From assembly GCA_050290185.1 (NCBI GenBank), contig JBNKHE010000001.1:98713-162712 (forward strand): a DNA stretch of 64,000 bases. Direction: 5' to 3'. Made by a program: the position numbers and the translations under genes. Of the stretch, positions 59,348 through 64,000 are shown piece by piece (position 1 is the first letter of the stretch; every line of letters starts with the position of its first letter). The notes beneath the pieces were generated by a model. That model searched no databases. It saw nothing but the letters and a program-made list of their open reading frames with translations, and was not told the origin of the DNA. Source of the DNA: Pontiella sp. GTDB lineage: Bacteria; Verrucomicrobiota; Kiritimatiellia; Kiritimatiellales; Pontiellaceae.

Positions 59348-59875
59348 ATGCCAATCATACGAAAGGAATATTACAGAGACTGGGAAGCCATCCGCCACCT
59401 ATACGAGCAGGCGTTCCATCAAAGTACCGAGGCGGATATCGTGGATGCCCTGCGTGCCGCCGACAAGATGACGCTCTCCCTGGTAGCGGAAAGCGACCGT
59501 GCCGTGGTCGGCCATATTCTCTTTTCACCCGCAACGGTTGACGGGCGCGACACGGCCATCGCCGCATTGGGCCCGATAGCGGTTATTCCACGGATGCAAC
59601 AGCATGAAATCGGGACGTTGCTTATCCGGTCCGGCATGAATATCTGCAGGGAACTGGGCATTAAAGCCCTCGTGGTGCTGGGCCCTCCGGACTATTACCT
59701 GCGATTCGGCTTTCAGCAGGCGTCCAGCGTTGGATTAACCTCATCCTGGAAGAACGTTCCCGACCAGGCTTTCATGGCCATAGAGCTGGAACCCGGCGCC
59801 CTTGCGGGGTGCACCGGCACGGTCCGTTATGCTCCTGAATTCAACCTGGCCATCCCGGCGGATCAGGGTTTGTAA
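59348..59875 (+). CDS. GNAT N-acetyltransferase (YhbS-like)
   Basis: EADIVDALR, VVGHILFS, LGPIAV.P..Q...IG, VLG.PDYY.RFGF. Confidence 0.9.
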   Translation: MPIIRKEYYRDWEAIRHLYEQAFHQSTEADIVDALRAADKMTLSLVAESDRAVVGHILFSPATVDGRDTAIAALGPIAVIPRMQQHEIGTLLIRSGMNICRELGIKALVVLGPPDYYLRFGFQQASSVGLTSSWKNVPDQAFMAIELEPGALAGCTGTVRYAPEFNLAIPADQGL

Positions 59876-60654
59876 TATTGCATGGCTTCCGGCAGGTACT
59901 GCTGGATTTGCCGGATCCGCCTTTCATCGGAAGGATGCGTACTGAGCAATTCCAGTGGTTTTCCCGAACCCGCTTCCGACATGCGCTGCCAGAACCCGAC
60001 CGCCGCATGCGGGTCGTAGCCGGCCATCGCCATAAAAATCAATCCCAGCCGGTCGGCCTCGCTCTCGTGCAGGCGGGAATAAGGTAGAATGCCGCCGACC
60101 TGGGAGCCGATTCCATAAACCTGCATGATGACATCATGGCACTGGGCGTCCCTGGATAGAACCGAAACACCATACCCCACTCCCTGTTGAAGCAGCTGTG
60201 CGCTGATTCGCTCGGTACCGTGGCCCACCACGGCATGAGCAATCTCGTGCCCCATGACCACCGCAATCCCGGTATCATTCAGGGTGTACGGCAGGATCCC
60301 CGTATAGAACGCCACTTTGCCGCCCGGCATGCACCACGCGTTGGGTTCATTCTTGTCGATCAGGTTGAACTCCCAGCTGAATCCATCGAGAACCTGTGAT
60401 TGGTTTTGCTCGGCGAAGTACCGTTCCACCGCCGCGGAAATACGCAGGCCCACCCGCCGGATCTGCTCCGTCTGCCTCTGGTTGGTCGACAGCGGTCCTT
60501 CGGCGATAACCTCACTGTAGCTGGCGGCACTTTGCGCAACCATCGTCGCATCAGAAACAATCTTAAGCTGTCGACGCCCGGTGATCGGCGCCGTCGTGCA
60601 TCCCGCTAACATCAAGACGGCAGCCAGACTGCCAAGGAAAACTGTCTTTTTCAT
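59863..60654 (-). CDS. M48 metalloprotease lipoprotein
   Basis: Lipobox LAGC; NAWCMPGGK; HEIAH; ESEAD; STHPS. Confidence 0.95.
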   Translation of the reverse strand: MKKTVFLGSLAAVLMLAGCTTAPITGRRQLKIVSDATMVAQSAASYSEVIAEGPLSTNQRQTEQIRRVGLRISAAVERYFAEQNQSQVLDGFSWEFNLIDKNEPNAWCMPGGKVAFYTGILPYTLNDTGIAVVMGHEIAHAVVGHGTERISAQLLQQGVGYGVSVLSRDAQCHDVIMQVYGIGSQVGGILPYSRLHESEADRLGLIFMAMAGYDPHAAVGFWQRMSEAGSGKPLELLSTHPSDERRIRQIQQYLPEAMQYYKP

Positions 60655-60830
60655 GGTCCACTCCTTGCGATAAATGAGACTCAGAATAACGGGGCAGGCT
60701 TAAAAAATACATTGCGATGTCGAATCGATTACGTCGAAGAACGGTTTTTGGTTTGCTTGTTTGGAACCGCAGCGTATTTTTCCTCAGAGGCTCAGCCTGG
60801 ACCAGCGACACAAAAGGGAGAAACGCAATC

Positions 60831-62780
60831 ATGAACAAAGCCAACCGGATTCCTGCACGCATCGCCGATGCGCTGCAAAAATTCCCTCCCTTCTCCATGT
60901 TGCCGGCTCCGACCGTCGCCTCGTTGGCGAAGCAAGCAAGCGTCAAGGTGCTGGTCAAAGGCGATCACGTTTGGGAACAGGGAGATCCTCCCACCGATGA
61001 AGTGCTCTTTCTCGCCTTGGGACGGGTGGAATATTATCGTTCCGAAAACGGCACCAGCGAACTGGTGGACGTACGCGACGTCGGCGATGTGCTCGGCTTG
61101 TCCGCCCTCCACGAAGGCGAATCCTATCGCGTCACCGCCGAGGTTCAGGAAGACAGCATCCTCTACGTCCTTCCATGGTCGGATTTCAAATTCATTCTGG
61201 AGGTGAACGATCCGGCTCGAAACTATGTCCGCCGCCACCTTTTCTGGGGAACCCGCGTCGGGCGTTCCGTTCCAGCGGTCGGCTTCGACCGCGATGGCGC
61301 GCGCAGCATTATGGATGCCCATCTGGACGGTGCCCACGTCATTCAGCCGCGGCCGGCGGAACGGCTTCTTTCGTGTCATCCGGACACGCCCATCCGCACC
61401 GCGGCAGAAATGATGGTGAAGCGCAATCTGTCCTCTATTCTGGTAATCAACGAGGACGATCTCCCATTGGGATTCGTGACCGACATGCAACTGGTCCGGG
61501 AAGTGGTGGTCGGAACAACACGTCCTTCCAGTCCAGTGGCAAAGGTCATGCACAGTCCAGTGGCCACCGTCGCACCGAAGACCAATACTATGGCGGTCCT
61601 GCTAACCATGTTGCACGAACGGATTGATCACCTTTGCGTCACCGAGGACGGGACTCCGCAAACCAAAGCCCTCGATGTCTGTACCCCGAACGATCTGCTC
61701 TCGCAAAGCGGCCATCATCCCGTCGGGATCGTCCGCAATATCCAGCGGGCCCGCACATCCGCCCGCCTCCGCGAACTTTGCGACGATATTGAGGCGCTGG
61801 CCCGCTCCTATCTTGAAGCCGGCATCTCGGGCATCGTCATGGGACAGATCTGCGCCCAGTTATTCGATGCCCTCGTTTCCCGCATGATCGAAATGTCGGA
61901 GGAGATGCTGGCGGAACAGGGCATGGTCCTGCCGGACATCCCGTGGGCATGGATGGCCGTGGGCAGCGATGGACGGCGCGAGCAGGTGCTTCGCACTGAT
62001 ATGGACAATGCCTTGGTTTTTCAGAGCTCGGGCAATGCGGAGACCGACGAAAAGAACAGGAGCATCTTCCTGCAGATGACCACGCAAGTGATCAACCTGA
62101 TGGTTGAATCCGGATTTTCCCGTTGTCAGGGGGGGGTGATGGCCTCGAATCCGCGCTGGTGCAGAACAGAAGCAGAATGGATCGAGGAAATCCACGATAC
62201 CGACCGGTTATCGGTCGGAGACAATCTGCTCCGTGCCCTCGTGCTGTACGACCTCCGCTACGTCGCCGGTGATAAGGAGATCTGTGCCCAGGTGCGCGAC
62301 ACCGTTTTCGAAAAATCAACCTTGGCCAACCGTGCCGGCTCCCTGCGCCAGCTGGCTGAAATGGTCGTGGCCACCCCGCCTCCTCTCAATTTCAGAGGCA
62401 AGTTCATTGTGGAAAAAAAGGGACTGAACGAAGGCGAGTTCGACCTCAAGAAGCGGGGGCTGAGTCCGTTGCGCGATGCCGCACGGGTGTTTGCCCTCCA
62501 CTACGGACTAAAAATCCACCACTCCACCGGCGGACGCTGGCAGGAACTGGCATTCAGTCACCCGGAGTTGGCGGAACTGGCTGACCTGGCGCGCAGCGGA
62601 TACGATCAACTCCTGCGTTTCCGTACGTTGACCGGTTTGAAAAGAAACGATGACGGACGCTTCATCGATCCCGGCACTCTGGACCGGCTAGAACGGGAGC
62701 AGCTCGCCAATGTATTCGATGTTCAGCGGATGGTGCAGAATTCGGTGCGCCGGCATTTTAACCTGGAAACGCAAAGATAA
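60831..62780 (+). CDS. cNMP-binding/CBS/DUF294 nucleotidyltransferase-like protein
   Basis: cNMP domain, CBS pair, GSDGRREQ...TDMDN, GGVMASNP.W, DLKKRG. Confidence 0.9.
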   Translation: MNKANRIPARIADALQKFPPFSMLPAPTVASLAKQASVKVLVKGDHVWEQGDPPTDEVLFLALGRVEYYRSENGTSELVDVRDVGDVLGLSALHEGESYRVTAEVQEDSILYVLPWSDFKFILEVNDPARNYVRRHLFWGTRVGRSVPAVGFDRDGARSIMDAHLDGAHVIQPRPAERLLSCHPDTPIRTAAEMMVKRNLSSILVINEDDLPLGFVTDMQLVREVVVGTTRPSSPVAKVMHSPVATVAPKTNTMAVLLTMLHERIDHLCVTEDGTPQTKALDVCTPNDLLSQSGHHPVGIVRNIQRARTSARLRELCDDIEALARSYLEAGISGIVMGQICAQLFDALVSRMIEMSEEMLAEQGMVLPDIPWAWMAVGSDGRREQVLRTDMDNALVFQSSGNAETDEKNRSIFLQMTTQVINLMVESGFSRCQGGVMASNPRWCRTEAEWIEEIHDTDRLSVGDNLLRALVLYDLRYVAGDKEICAQVRDTVFEKSTLANRAGSLRQLAEMVVATPPPLNFRGKFIVEKKGLNEGEFDLKKRGLSPLRDAARVFALHYGLKIHHSTGGRWQELAFSHPELAELADLARSGYDQLLRFRTLTGLKRNDDGRFIDPGTLDRLEREQLANVFDVQRMVQNSVRRHFNLETQR

Positions 62781-63454
62781 TGCTCTTCAAACGCCCAAAA
62801 CTTCCGGAAGTTGTGCAGCGCTATCTGGATCAAACGAGTCGGTCGCTGGTGCGCAAAAAACCATTCGATGCGGTGCGTCTGGTGGCGCTCGATACGGAGT
62901 GCAGTGGTTTTGAGATCGGCCGCGACCGGTTACTGTCGGTCGGTGTTATTGAAATCGACTGGGCTCACATCCGGCTTGAAACAAGCATCGAATGGCTGGT
63001 CTACCAACCAAATATCGTGGCCAACAAGGCAACGGAAATCCATGGCATCCTTCCATCAGATACGCTGGAGGGCATGCCGGAACGACAGATGCTCATCGAG
63101 CTGCTTCCCCGTATTACCGGTGCCATTGTGGTGGGCCATCAAATCTGGTTTGACGCGCTGATGCTCAATAACGCGCTGCAACGCAACTTTGGCATTGGCT
63201 TCCGCAACCCGACCATTGATGTCGGGCCCATGGCTATGTATGAACTGCAGCCTTTCCGCAAATCCGGCTACATCAACCAGCGGCCGCCTTCGCTGGAAGA
63301 CCTCTGCGCCCACTTTGGTCTTCCGCAGGACGACCGCCACACCGCCGAGGGCGATGCCTATATTGCCGCAGAGATCTTTCTGCTAATGTGCGGACACATC
63401 CGCAAGCGCCGGGGAAGTATCACGCGGCGGGATCTTCCGATCAAGAAACCTTGA
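62780..63454 (+). CDS. DEDDh 3'-5' exonuclease (epsilon-like)
   Basis: LDTE, IHGI, GHQ..FD, RHTAEGDA; TAATG coupling to the DUF294 gene. Confidence 0.9.
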   Translation: MLFKRPKLPEVVQRYLDQTSRSLVRKKPFDAVRLVALDTECSGFEIGRDRLLSVGVIEIDWAHIRLETSIEWLVYQPNIVANKATEIHGILPSDTLEGMPERQMLIELLPRITGAIVVGHQIWFDALMLNNALQRNFGIGFRNPTIDVGPMAMYELQPFRKSGYINQRPPSLEDLCAHFGLPQDDRHTAEGDAYIAAEIFLLMCGHIRKRRGSITRRDLPIKKP

Positions 63455-63625
63455 GGGTCGTTGCCGGACCAACAATCCCTTGCAGGAGCATTCTTTACAA
63501 CCTATGCTTTATTGTGGAAACGGGAGTTGAACCAAAGGGCCCTTGGTTTCTATTGGAGGATGAGCGATGGGTCGAATACGCAGGGTTTTACATTGTCCAG
63601 ATGTTCCTCCGCGCGGGACTAATCC

Positions 63626-64000
63626 ATGAACCCGGATCAAACCATCATAACATTACTTACCGAATACCAGTGGCCCGCCATCTTCATCGGCGCATTTCTA
63701 TTCGGAGAAACGGTCATCATTGCGGCGGCCTTTCTGGCGGCCGGCGGCCTTTGGACACTAACGGATGTATTCTGGCTATCACTCGCCGGAACCATAACTT
63801 CCGATAGTACATGGTTCCTGTTTGGCCAAAAGATTCTTCCTTTATTCAACCGAGGCAAACAGCAGAAAGAACGGCAGCAACGGATACTCGCTTCCGTTGA
63901 AACGGCAACAGGAGGAAAACCGCTCGCCCTCATGCTGTGCGCAAAGTTCGTCTACGGAACCCGCATTCTGACCATTGTCTACCTCTCCAGACTGAAGCTC
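63626..64000 (+). CDS. DedA/VTT-family membrane protein, 3' end outside window
   Basis: Manual translation: MNPDQTIITLLTEYQWPAIFIGAFLFGETVIIAAAFLA...SDSTWFLFG...KFVYGTR. Not in the ORF track. Confidence 0.85.
   Translation, partial: MNPDQTIITLLTEYQWPAIFIGAFLFGETVIIAAAFLAAGGLWTLTDVFWLSLAGTITSDSTWFLFGQKILPLFNRGKQQKERQQRILASVETATGGKPLALMLCAKFVYGTRILTIVYLSRLKL

Overview
64 kb of bacterial chromosome, densely coding, with about 60 CDS. I found no rRNA, tRNA, CRISPR array, integrase or transposase. Gene content (TIGR03790-like protein, C12orf65-like release factor, eukaryote-type hexokinase, AsmA/DUF4340/Gld-like ABC cluster) suggests a PVC-group anaerobe such as Kiritimatiellota; this is inference only. 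Housekeeping genes: tsaB, tsaE, rlmH, pcm, pabB fusion, asd, purL, deaD, hisC, hisD, mnmE. Most notable observations: (1) an accessory locus at ~28.0-34.0 kb where a sigma-54 activator with a Cys-rich GAF insert faces an AhpD/ECF-sigma/cysteine-hydrolase/NmrA/SnoaL operon, with a clear -24/-12 promoter and three identical enhancer sites; (2) two GTAG-type REP-like palindromes read in frame inside pabB; (3) a three-hairpin leader with 7-nt periodicity upstream of asd, plus a perfect (TGAGGCG)9 repeat elsewhere; (4) a HypD glycyl-radical enzyme/activase pair. All family assignments come from motif recognition, not database searches. Several starts were moved from the ORF track to the likeliest RBS-supported codon.
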